Assembly (NCBI GenBank): GCA_049971295.1
Contig: JBMFLH010000010.1
Span: 1-31,595, forward strand
Direction of reading: 5' to 3'
From: Candidatus Ratteibacteria bacterium
GTDB lineage: Bacteria > Ratteibacteria > UBA8468 > B48-G9 > DTJG01
Length of the DNA: 31,595 bases
Under the pieces are notes generated by a model. It searched no databases and was not told where the DNA came from. It saw only the letters and a program-made list of their open reading frames with translations. Both the position numbers and the translations under genes were made by a program. Below, piece after piece: positions 1 to 7,687 of this stretch (the first letter of the stretch is position 1; every line of letters begins with the position of its first letter).

Positions 1-2
1 CT

Positions 3-272
3 GGCATGCAAAATATAAATTCTGCATATTTGTGGGTTTATGACAACTCAATTTTTAACTCAAGAGTGCCAGCAGAAAAAGAGAAGTTGATAGATGACGC
101 AAAACTTGTTGTTGAAATCTTTGAACCAGGAATTTACAGAGTCGAGTTCTGGGATACCTATAAGGGCAGGAAATTTTCAGAATTTGAAAAAAAATTTGAT
201 AACGGTGAATGCGAAATTTTACTCCCTGCCTTTACAAAAGATATTGCAATCAAAATAGAGAAAGAATCATGA
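3..272 (+). CDS. C-terminal fragment of a protein starting left of the window; resembles the C-terminal beta-sandwich of DUF5060/glycoside-hydrolase-like proteins
   Basis: Frame is open from the window edge. The motif GIYRVEFWDTYKG...ILLPAFTKDIAIKI recalls such C-terminal domains. The stop overlaps the next start (ATGA, 269-272). Confidence 0.5.
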   Translation, partial: GMQNINSAYLWVYDNSIFNSRVPAEKEKLIDDAKLVVEIFEPGIYRVEFWDTYKGRKFSEFEKKFDNGECEILLPAFTKDIAIKIEKES

Positions 273-2290
273 GAAAATTCATTATGCCGATTGTTGTGAT
301 TGCCTGTCTGGTAAATGATGTTTCTGGCTACACATTACGAGCCAGAGTAAAGATTCAGCAACCACAACTTAAACAGTTTCAGCAGATAGCAAAAGTTAAT
401 TTACCTTTACCTGACAAGGGTTATGTTTATGTTGCAGATACCAATGGTTTGAAGGTACCATGTGTCAGGATTAAATCCAGTCAGCAACAGAGAGATTCTA
501 TATATTTCAAGACAAACGAAAATGATGTTTATTATGTTTACTGGCTTTCTGAAGAGAAAAAACAGGAGACCGGAATTTTTGAGATTCCAGAGGGCAGGGT
601 GATACTTGATGATTTCGTTAATCCGTCAGCAAGAACTTCTGGATTCTGGCAGTGGTGTTCTCATCCCTGTTTAAGTGGAAAGTTTTCACACACCGGTAGA
701 AGTTTACAGAAAATCAATTCTCATTATACAGCGATCACGCCTGGAGAGAAACTGAAATCTACAGACATTTTTTATCAATACGTTTTCATTGATAAAAACC
801 AGCCAGCATCTGAAATTATGCTTGAAATACAGACACAGAAAAGGAAATCCGTTTATTTTTCATGGGGTTCTGACACCATCAGATGGAAAAATCTTAACAA
901 GATTCATGTGGGCGAGCTTCCTGAAGCAGGCAAATGGGTACAATTATTGATTCCTGTTGATAAAATTGATAAGGATGTTGAGATTACTGGTATTGGTTTC
1001 TATCATGCTGATGGCAGGGTATTCTGGGATTATACGACAATCGGGAATCCACCTCTTGAAGCAAATATTCTTCAATGGAATCAAGGAAATAAGAAAACAA
1101 ATGCCTTTTTTGACTATGAAATTTTCGGGCCATTTACGTTTTCAGAGAAAGTGTTCAATCTCGCTTTATTAAATGCTTCAGCGTCTTTTGGCGCTGATAC
1201 CTTCGAATGGCTGATTGAAGGCAAAAAGTACTCAGGAGATAAGATATTAAAAAAATTTGACAACAAGTATAATACATATATCATGCTGACTTCTAAAGGT
1301 ACTGTTTCGAAACAATCAGATGCATTTTCTGAAACAATCATTTTTCAAAAAAAATCTCCTGAACAATTAAATCTTTTTCTTGAAATCCTTCCTCATAAAA
1401 ATCTTATCAATCAGGGAGAAAGATTTTTTGTGCCAGTTCGGTTGGGGTCTTTAATGTTCGGGGTTGTTCCTATTGAACTTTCAATCGATGGACATAACCA
1501 TTTATTGAAACTGTTACCCGGACGGGAAAATTCAGAAATTACCAATGTATTCTTTTCTCCAGAAGCAACAGAAAATCATGATATCGAACTTAAGCTTGAT
1601 GACCTTGTTATCGCTAAAAAAAGGTTATACTTTGTTCCTGTTGACCATCTTAATATCAAGCATCTTGATGGTCCTTATCTCAGGGACGAAAACCACAACA
1701 CCCTGGTAGCGTTTATTCCTGATTATAAATGTCCTGATGTTTCTACTGAAACCCAAATTAAACAGCTGACAATCATTGGAGACATACCTGAAAATTTTCT
1801 TGATAGGTTGAGGAAGAAATTGACGAAAGACATAGAAATCAAGTGGTTAAAATATCCTGAGGTTCGCGCATATCACGCGATTTTAAATTTATTATGGCTG
1901 AAAGAGCAAATTGAAAATTTGAATCTGGGAACAGTAGTTTTATTTCCTTCTATTGAAAGTTTATTAAGAAGGACGCCGATTGACCAGTATAGAACCTGCC
2001 TTGACGCAGAGATATGGTTTTTAAGCAAAAGAACAAAAAAGATTATATGTATTACTCCTTTTCCTTCTGCACCAATTCCAGAGATGTTTAAGATTTATGC
2101 TGATGCAACAGTTGATCTTTGTCAAAAAAGAAATATTGCCTTTCTTAATCTTTATAACCTCTATACCAGTTTGCCGGACTGGACAGAACTATTCAGTTTA
2201 AACAAAGGTATTTACAGAAACTTTCCATCAGAAAAGGGCCTGGGAATCCTTATTGATGAGATAATAAAGATTGTGGATACGAGCAGGTAA
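269..2290 (+). CDS. Secreted multidomain hypothetical protein: signal peptide, beta-rich central domain, PKD-like segment, degenerate SGNH/GDSL-like C-terminal domain
   Basis: Start moved to ATG 269 (MRKFIMPIVVIACLV, signal-peptide-like, ATGA-coupled to the upstream stop). PKD-like LNASAS...FEWLIEG. C-terminal IIGDI / IICITPFP / LCQKRNIAFLNLY / FPSEKG pattern follows the SGNH block spacing. Confidence 0.7.
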   Translation: MRKFIMPIVVIACLVNDVSGYTLRARVKIQQPQLKQFQQIAKVNLPLPDKGYVYVADTNGLKVPCVRIKSSQQQRDSIYFKTNENDVYYVYWLSEEKKQETGIFEIPEGRVILDDFVNPSARTSGFWQWCSHPCLSGKFSHTGRSLQKINSHYTAITPGEKLKSTDIFYQYVFIDKNQPASEIMLEIQTQKRKSVYFSWGSDTIRWKNLNKIHVGELPEAGKWVQLLIPVDKIDKDVEITGIGFYHADGRVFWDYTTIGNPPLEANILQWNQGNKKTNAFFDYEIFGPFTFSEKVFNLALLNASASFGADTFEWLIEGKKYSGDKILKKFDNKYNTYIMLTSKGTVSKQSDAFSETIIFQKKSPEQLNLFLEILPHKNLINQGERFFVPVRLGSLMFGVVPIELSIDGHNHLLKLLPGRENSEITNVFFSPEATENHDIELKLDDLVIAKKRLYFVPVDHLNIKHLDGPYLRDENHNTLVAFIPDYKCPDVSTETQIKQLTIIGDIPENFLDRLRKKLTKDIEIKWLKYPEVRAYHAILNLLWLKEQIENLNLGTVVLFPSIESLLRRTPIDQYRTCLDAEIWFLSKRTKKIICITPFPSAPIPEMFKIYADATVDLCQKRNIAFLNLYNLYTSLPDWTELFSLNKGIYRNFPSEKGLGILIDEIIKIVDTSR

Positions 2291-2386
2291 TGTCAAAGTT
2301 AACATCTTCCACTTTTTAAGAGGCAAGGAAGAATGGGGGAAAATAAAAACAACTAACCGAAGTTTTTTCGTTAAAAAGGGGGAGCA

Positions 2387-3460
2387 ATGATTATTGGACT
2401 TTTAAAGGAGATCAAAACTGAAGAATACAGAGTTGGACTGGCACCCCTGAATGTAAAGGAACTTGTGAAACATGGGCACAAGATTCTTGTTGAAAAAAAT
2501 GCAGGAATAGGTTCAACATTTGCTGACACTTTCTATAAAGAATGTGGGGCTGAAATTGTGTCCAGGGATTGTGTTTTTGAATCTGCAGAACTGATAGTAA
2601 AGGTGAAAGAACCGCAGAGTTCAGAAATCGCGATGATGAGACCTAGCCAGATTGTGTTTACATTTTTTCATTTTGCTTCAAACCCTGAAATGACGCGCGC
2701 TCTTGCAAACAAAAAAGTTACCTGCATCGCCTATGAACTTATTGAAGAAAATGGTATGAGACCGATTCTCAAACCCATGAGTGAGGTTGCAGGTAAATTA
2801 AGTATACAGCAGGGGATGAAGTATCTTGAAAAGGAATATGGCGGTAAGGGAGTGCTTTTAATGGGAACAGAAACTGTTCAACCAGGCAGTGTTGTTGTTC
2901 TGGGTGGTGGAGTTGTGGGTAGTTGCGCTGCAGATGTGGCAATCTCTCTTAATGCAAAACTTACAATTATTGAAAAAAGTCCAGAGAAAAGAGAGTTTCT
3001 AAAGAAGAGATTTTCTGGTTGTAATGTAATGGAATCAACAAGAGATACGATTCTTGAATGCTGTCAGAAAGCAGACATCATTGTTGGTGCTGTGCTTATT
3101 CCGGGGCATAGACCACCGATTCTCATCAAGAAGTCAGACCTTGAAATACTTGAAAAAGGCACTGTGCTGGTTGATGTTTCCATTGATGAGGGAGGAGTTT
3201 TTGAAACAAGTCGTCCGACGACTCACAAAGAACCAATTTTCGTTGACTCAGGGATTGTTCATTACTGTGTACCGAATATGCCGGGGATTGTGCCAAAAAC
3301 ATCTACAATAGCACTCAGCATCGCAACGATGCCATATTTAAAAATACTGGCAGACAGAGGCGAATCTGCAATAAAAGAAAATTCTGCATTAAAATCCGGT
3401 TGTGCGATGCTGCGGGGGGATATTATACATCCGGCAATAAAAGAGATTATAAATTCTTAA
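2387..3460 (+). CDS. ald: Alanine dehydrogenase
   Basis: KEIKTEEYRVGL N-terminus, KVKEP, FFHFA, PMSEVAG, Rossmann GGGVVG, DVSIDEGG, HYCVPNMPG; strong G-rich SD upstream of the ATG. Confidence 0.95.
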   Translation: MIIGLLKEIKTEEYRVGLAPLNVKELVKHGHKILVEKNAGIGSTFADTFYKECGAEIVSRDCVFESAELIVKVKEPQSSEIAMMRPSQIVFTFFHFASNPEMTRALANKKVTCIAYELIEENGMRPILKPMSEVAGKLSIQQGMKYLEKEYGGKGVLLMGTETVQPGSVVVLGGGVVGSCAADVAISLNAKLTIIEKSPEKREFLKKRFSGCNVMESTRDTILECCQKADIIVGAVLIPGHRPPILIKKSDLEILEKGTVLVDVSIDEGGVFETSRPTTHKEPIFVDSGIVHYCVPNMPGIVPKTSTIALSIATMPYLKILADRGESAIKENSALKSGCAMLRGDIIHPAIKEIINS

Positions 3461-3462
3461 AA

Positions 3463-4851
3463 CTACAGGGTTTTCAGAATCTTTTTGAACATGTTCACAG
3501 TATAATCAAGTACATTTCTTGATACTGAGAGGGCAAATTTTGTGAGGGCAGTCGAATGTCCTTCGTAATATGCATGAACCCTGAGCCAGATTCCGTTTTC
3601 AATGCATTTTTGATGAAATTTGAGAGCTGTTTGCTGATTTTTGAACTTAAGTCCGGATAGCAGTCCTTTGCCCTGCACAGAAATAATCAAATGTGGGAAT
3701 TCACAGGAAAGATTTTTCAGACAATTTTCATAATAATTGGCAAGCATCTCAATCCTTTTTACATTTTTTTCTATCAAATTTAAACAGCACAGAGCCATCA
3801 GCGAAGGTAATGGCGCATTTCCATTGGTGCTGATGGCATCATATTGCTTGAGGGAATCAAGTTTTCTTTTGTAAACGACTGCTGAAAGTGGATGAAATCC
3901 AGCAGTGAGTCCTTTCCCGAGAATTAAAACATCAGGAGTAATATCAAACTGTTTGTACATAAAAATTTCAGGATACCAGCAACAGGTTTGTATTTCATCT
4001 ACGATCATGAGTGCATCAACAGATTCAGTAAGTTTTCTTGCTTCCTGAAGGAATTGTTTTGTTAGTAGTATTGCCTCTCTATTCATCATCACTGGTTCAA
4101 AAAAGAATGCGGCAATGTTTTTTCCATGTCTATCAAAAATTTTCTTTAATTCTTCAGTATCATTGGGTTCTACCATTTCGAAAACAAGTTCATCAGAGAA
4201 AATGTCATTCCACATTCCTCTCAACCGTTGCATCAGGAAGTCAGTGCCGTGATAATTGCCTGTTATCGAAACAAACACGATTTTCTTACTATGTGGCTTT
4301 TGTCTTTTGAAGTAATTTAATGCAAGTTTCATTGCTGTTGAACACGCGACAGAACCTGTGGCGATACCCAGTAGAACAGTATTCAAACAATTTTCGTCAT
4401 TTAACAAGCCATAAGACTGGCGCCCCGAATTGCATATTTCAACAAGTTTTTCCGAAAGTTTTTTTACGAAAAAACCAGGGATATTACTATGACAATCCCA
4501 TGGAATTCCAAGTTTTATTGCATCATCAAGACACTTTATCAATATTGGGTCATTATATCCCCAGGTCATTTGATAATGTCCTGCTGTGGTATCAAGAAAT
4601 AGTTTTCTGCCTTCAGTAATATAGAAGACACCCTTTCCAGCAAGAAAATCATTTTGTTCCGGTCCAAGAACATAGGATTTTTGAAACCATTTTTTTGTGA
4701 TTTTTGGCGGAGATGGAATATTTTTAATGACTTTTCCCACATTATTGAGAAGCAGTGTTTCTTTATTCCTGGCAAGAAAACTGTTTGCTGCTTTAATACT
4801 TTTTACAAGTTTTTTTTCCGGGTTTAATATGCTATTCATATTTTGCCTCAT
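3463..4851 (-). CDS. Class III PLP-dependent aminotransferase, substrate unknown
   Basis: FLDTTAG, TGSVA, GNYHG, FFEPV, DEIQT, PDVLILGKGL (PLP lysine), GKGLLSG; ATGA-coupled to the upstream oxidoreductase. Confidence 0.88.
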   Translation of the reverse strand: MRQNMNSILNPEKKLVKSIKAANSFLARNKETLLLNNVGKVIKNIPSPPKITKKWFQKSYVLGPEQNDFLAGKGVFYITEGRKLFLDTTAGHYQMTWGYNDPILIKCLDDAIKLGIPWDCHSNIPGFFVKKLSEKLVEICNSGRQSYGLLNDENCLNTVLLGIATGSVACSTAMKLALNYFKRQKPHSKKIVFVSITGNYHGTDFLMQRLRGMWNDIFSDELVFEMVEPNDTEELKKIFDRHGKNIAAFFFEPVMMNREAILLTKQFLQEARKLTESVDALMIVDEIQTCCWYPEIFMYKQFDITPDVLILGKGLTAGFHPLSAVVYKRKLDSLKQYDAISTNGNAPLPSLMALCCLNLIEKNVKRIEMLANYYENCLKNLSCEFPHLIISVQGKGLLSGLKFKNQQTALKFHQKCIENGIWLRVHAYYEGHSTALTKFALSVSRNVLDYTVNMFKKILKTL

Positions 4852-5951
4852 AGTATTTGGAGTTTTCCTGTTTTTGAAGATTCATATGAAGCTTCTATAA
4901 TTTTCTGTACCATCAGACCATCCTCAAAAGAAAGAATGACTGGTTTGTCATGCACAACTGAATAAAGGAATGAATAGAGACACGCGACATGTGCTCTGAT
5001 CCATCCCATGCTGAACTTGGAAAGTGGAATACCGGTTGCATCAGGATATCTCTGCACTGTTTCTATTTTTTTAAACCCTCTTAGGCCTCCGATTGGTGCA
5101 TCAGGATCATTCATACTATAAGCATTCAGCCAGTTGGGTTCCATTGAATTAAAAGAAAGCGCGCCATCTGAACCATAGATTTCAAACCTGACTTCATCAT
5201 TTGTCCCTGTCGCAATTTTTGAAGCTTCAAGAATTCCCATTGCTCCATTTTTGGTTTCTGCTTCAACAAGTGCAATGTCGTCTGTTCTTTGATCAGGAGA
5301 CGTGTAATTTCTTATTTTTGCATACACGCTGCCAAATTCTCCAACAAGATACCTTGCTAAGTCAATAATGTGTGAACCAAGGTCAACAAGGACTCCTCCT
5401 CCTACTTTTTCATATTCTGCCTTCCAGCTGTAAGCTTTTGCAGATTGCCGCACACATGAAGAATGCAGGTAAAGAAATCTGAAGAAATTGATTTTTCCAA
5501 GAAATCCTTCATCAATAAGTTGTTTCGCCCTCATGATAGCCGGGAAAAATCTTAATTGATAAACAATCTGTGATTTAACATTAACACTTTTTGCAATGGA
5601 AACAAGTTCCTCAGCCTCTTTTACATTAAGGGCAAGTGGCTTATCGCAGTATACGTGCTTACCCTTGTTAAGAGCGGCTTTTACCAGTTGATAGTGAAGA
5701 TGATTGGGTAGACAACAATTAATAATGTGAATATCTTTGTGTTCGACAAGTTCTAAAGGATCACTGGTGGCAAATTGAAAGCCTGCCTGTTTTATTGCAG
5801 TGGTTTGAGTTTTCTCAGAGTGCGCTGCAACTCCTACCAGCTTTATAGATACCGGCAGATTTCCATAGTAGAAAGGAATGGTTTTATATGCATAAGCATG
5901 AACCTTTCCAATAAAACCATACCCGGCTATCCCCACACCATATTCTTTCAT
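4848..5951 (-). CDS. Gfo/Idh/MocA family NAD(P)-dependent oxidoreductase
   Basis: GIAGYGFIG Rossmann motif, LPNHLH, KHVYCDKPLA, GGGVLVDLGSHIID. Confidence 0.92.
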   Translation of the reverse strand: MKEYGVGIAGYGFIGKVHAYAYKTIPFYYGNLPVSIKLVGVAAHSEKTQTTAIKQAGFQFATSDPLELVEHKDIHIINCCLPNHLHYQLVKAALNKGKHVYCDKPLALNVKEAEELVSIAKSVNVKSQIVYQLRFFPAIMRAKQLIDEGFLGKINFFRFLYLHSSCVRQSAKAYSWKAEYEKVGGGVLVDLGSHIIDLARYLVGEFGSVYAKIRNYTSPDQRTDDIALVEAETKNGAMGILEASKIATGTNDEVRFEIYGSDGALSFNSMEPNWLNAYSMNDPDAPIGGLRGFKKIETVQRYPDATGIPLSKFSMGWIRAHVACLYSFLYSVVHDKPVILSFEDGLMVQKIIEASYESSKTGKLQIL

Positions 5952-5957
5952 AGTAAA

Positions 5958-5966
5958 ATTTTAACA
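5958..5966 (-). promoter_or_regulatory. Putative extended -10 promoter (TGtTAAAAT) 6 nt upstream of the oxidoreductase ATG; probably a leaderless transcript
   Basis: Minus strand reads ...ttttgTGtTAAAATtttactATG; no SD sequence present. Confidence 0.5.
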
Positions 5967-6065
5967 CAAAATAATCTGATTGAACATGTTATTCTTTGTC
6001 GCTGGCAGAATAAAAATATCAACAAACACATTAGATATTCATTTTATAAATCCTATCTCAAAGAA

Positions 6066-6551
6066 CTAAAACTTATATCCTATCTTTCGCAATAATTCCT
6101 TCCGCCACCTTATTTCTTCTTCATCCTCTATGCCTTTTATTGAAAATCCGTCAATTACACCAAGACTGCCTCTTCCATGTTCTGTCTCAGCAATTACCAC
6201 CTCTACTGGATTTGCTGTTGCACAAAAAATTCTGCATATCTCTGGCACCATTTTTATTGTATTCAACACATTTATCGGATAAAAATTTTCACCAAGAAAA
6301 ATGATGAAACTGTGGCCTGCAGCAATGTTCTTGGCATTTGACTTTGCGAGTTCAATCATTGCAGAATCTGTTCCAGACCATCGCACAAGACATTTGCCTG
6401 AAGCCTCGCAAAATGCTAATCCAAATTTGATGTTCGGTACCGTTGAAACAAGTGCTTCATGAATATCTTCAACTGATTTAATAAAATGAGTTTGTCCAAG
6501 GATAAAATTAATGGGTTCTGGCTTTTCAATCTTCACAGTGATGATTTGCAT
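6066..6551 (-). CDS. Adenosine-specific kinase family protein (PAE2307/DUF355-like)
   Basis: NFILGQTHFIKSVEDIHEAL, FGLAFCEASG, AGHSF, IFCATANP, GVIDG, RKELLRKIGYK; SD GGAGG upstream. Confidence 0.88.
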   Translation of the reverse strand: MQIITVKIEKPEPINFILGQTHFIKSVEDIHEALVSTVPNIKFGLAFCEASGKCLVRWSGTDSAMIELAKSNAKNIAAGHSFIIFLGENFYPINVLNTIKMVPEICRIFCATANPVEVVIAETEHGRGSLGVIDGFSIKGIEDEEEIRWRKELLRKIGYKF

Positions 6552-6586
6552 ATCGGCCTCCCTGTAAAAAACTTTTTATTTAATGT

Positions 6587-7687
6587 TCAATAATTTCGCA
6601 ATTTAACAGCAGTTTCTACAAAAATTCTGTAATTTTCTATTACATGGTTAGGCAACACTGCTGCTGTATTCGGAGAAGACGACGGACAGAGTATGAAACC
6701 ACCACCTGGTTTTCCCTGTTGGATTGTTTCAATCGTAATTTGTTTTATTTGTTCTGGTGTGTGGGTATAAAAAATACTATCTTCAATGCCTCCATCAAGA
6801 CAGAGTCTCCCTTTACAAATTTGTTTCGCTTCGGCAAGGGTAATTTTACCAACTGGTGGTGGCTCAATTGGATTCAAGCAGTCAAGTCCCATAATGATAA
6901 AACCCTCAAGAACACCTTTCATATCTCCATGACAATGAATCCAGGTTAGCTTTCCTGATTCGTGAACCAGGTCAATAATTTTTCTATCATATTCAACAAC
7001 AAATTCATAAAAATCCTTCACTGATGCAAGGGGAGGAATACAAAGTTCAGGACCAACCCATCCATACGCATCACCAAGTTTTGATGCCAGATAATGTTTC
7101 GCAAGTTTTTCTATTTGCCTGTATGCCCTATCTATCATTTCTTTCAAAAGTTCTCTTTCATCATAAAGCCAGTAGCCAAAAACCTCTGAACCCATCAACC
7201 TTTGAACCATGTACATCGCCTCGTCCAGCACAACCATCAACATTGCTCTTGAGCCAGTTTTTTTCTCCAGTTCAAAGTAAGAATTAATTTCAGGCAGTTT
7301 GCTATCCGGGATTGAAAGCCACTTTTTTGCATCACTTACGTCCTCAATGAAGTGCTTTCTGATATATCCAGGAGCACCTGAAAGTGGTTGATAAAAAATC
7401 TGGGTAAGCAAACCATCAGGTGTCTCAATGGTGGTGATGATTTCCTTCGTTTGTTTTTCTGAAATTACTCTTTCAGTATTATATTGTTTACAAACAGACT
7501 CTGGGATTTCTTCACTCGAAGGAGCCCAGGTTCTGATAATTTCAAGTTCGTATTTCTCTGTGAGTTCAATCAATGACTTCCAGTCATCTCTTACAGAAAA
7601 TAAAGGGTCAACACCCCACAATCTGATAGGCATTCTGTCAACATCAAGGCACTGAAAAACTCTGATAAGTCTTTCCCTCGGTGTCAT
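6587..7687 (-). CDS. Uroporphyrinogen decarboxylase / MtaA-CmuA methyltransferase superfamily protein (not canonical HemE)
   Basis: MTPRERL...VDRMP start, ETPDGLL, WIHCHG, GLDCLNPIEPPP, LCLDGGI, GGGFILCPS. Confidence 0.82.
   Translation of the reverse strand: MTPRERLIRVFQCLDVDRMPIRLWGVDPLFSVRDDWKSLIELTEKYELEIIRTWAPSSEEIPESVCKQYNTERVISEKQTKEIITTIETPDGLLTQIFYQPLSGAPGYIRKHFIEDVSDAKKWLSIPDSKLPEINSYFELEKKTGSRAMLMVVLDEAMYMVQRLMGSEVFGYWLYDERELLKEMIDRAYRQIEKLAKHYLASKLGDAYGWVGPELCIPPLASVKDFYEFVVEYDRKIIDLVHESGKLTWIHCHGDMKGVLEGFIIMGLDCLNPIEPPPVGKITLAEAKQICKGRLCLDGGIEDSIFYTHTPEQIKQITIETIQQGKPGGGFILCPSSSPNTAAVLPNHVIENYRIFVETAVKLRNY

Noticed and set aside
209..268. Longer ORF-track starts (209; also 10155, 26724, 30274)
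   Set aside because: Downstream ATGs at 269, 10098, 26766 and 30364 fit SD or coupling, signal peptides and family N-termini better.
6587..7687. hemE
   Set aside because: Lacks the RQAGR motif of true uroporphyrinogen decarboxylase and no tetrapyrrole genes are nearby.
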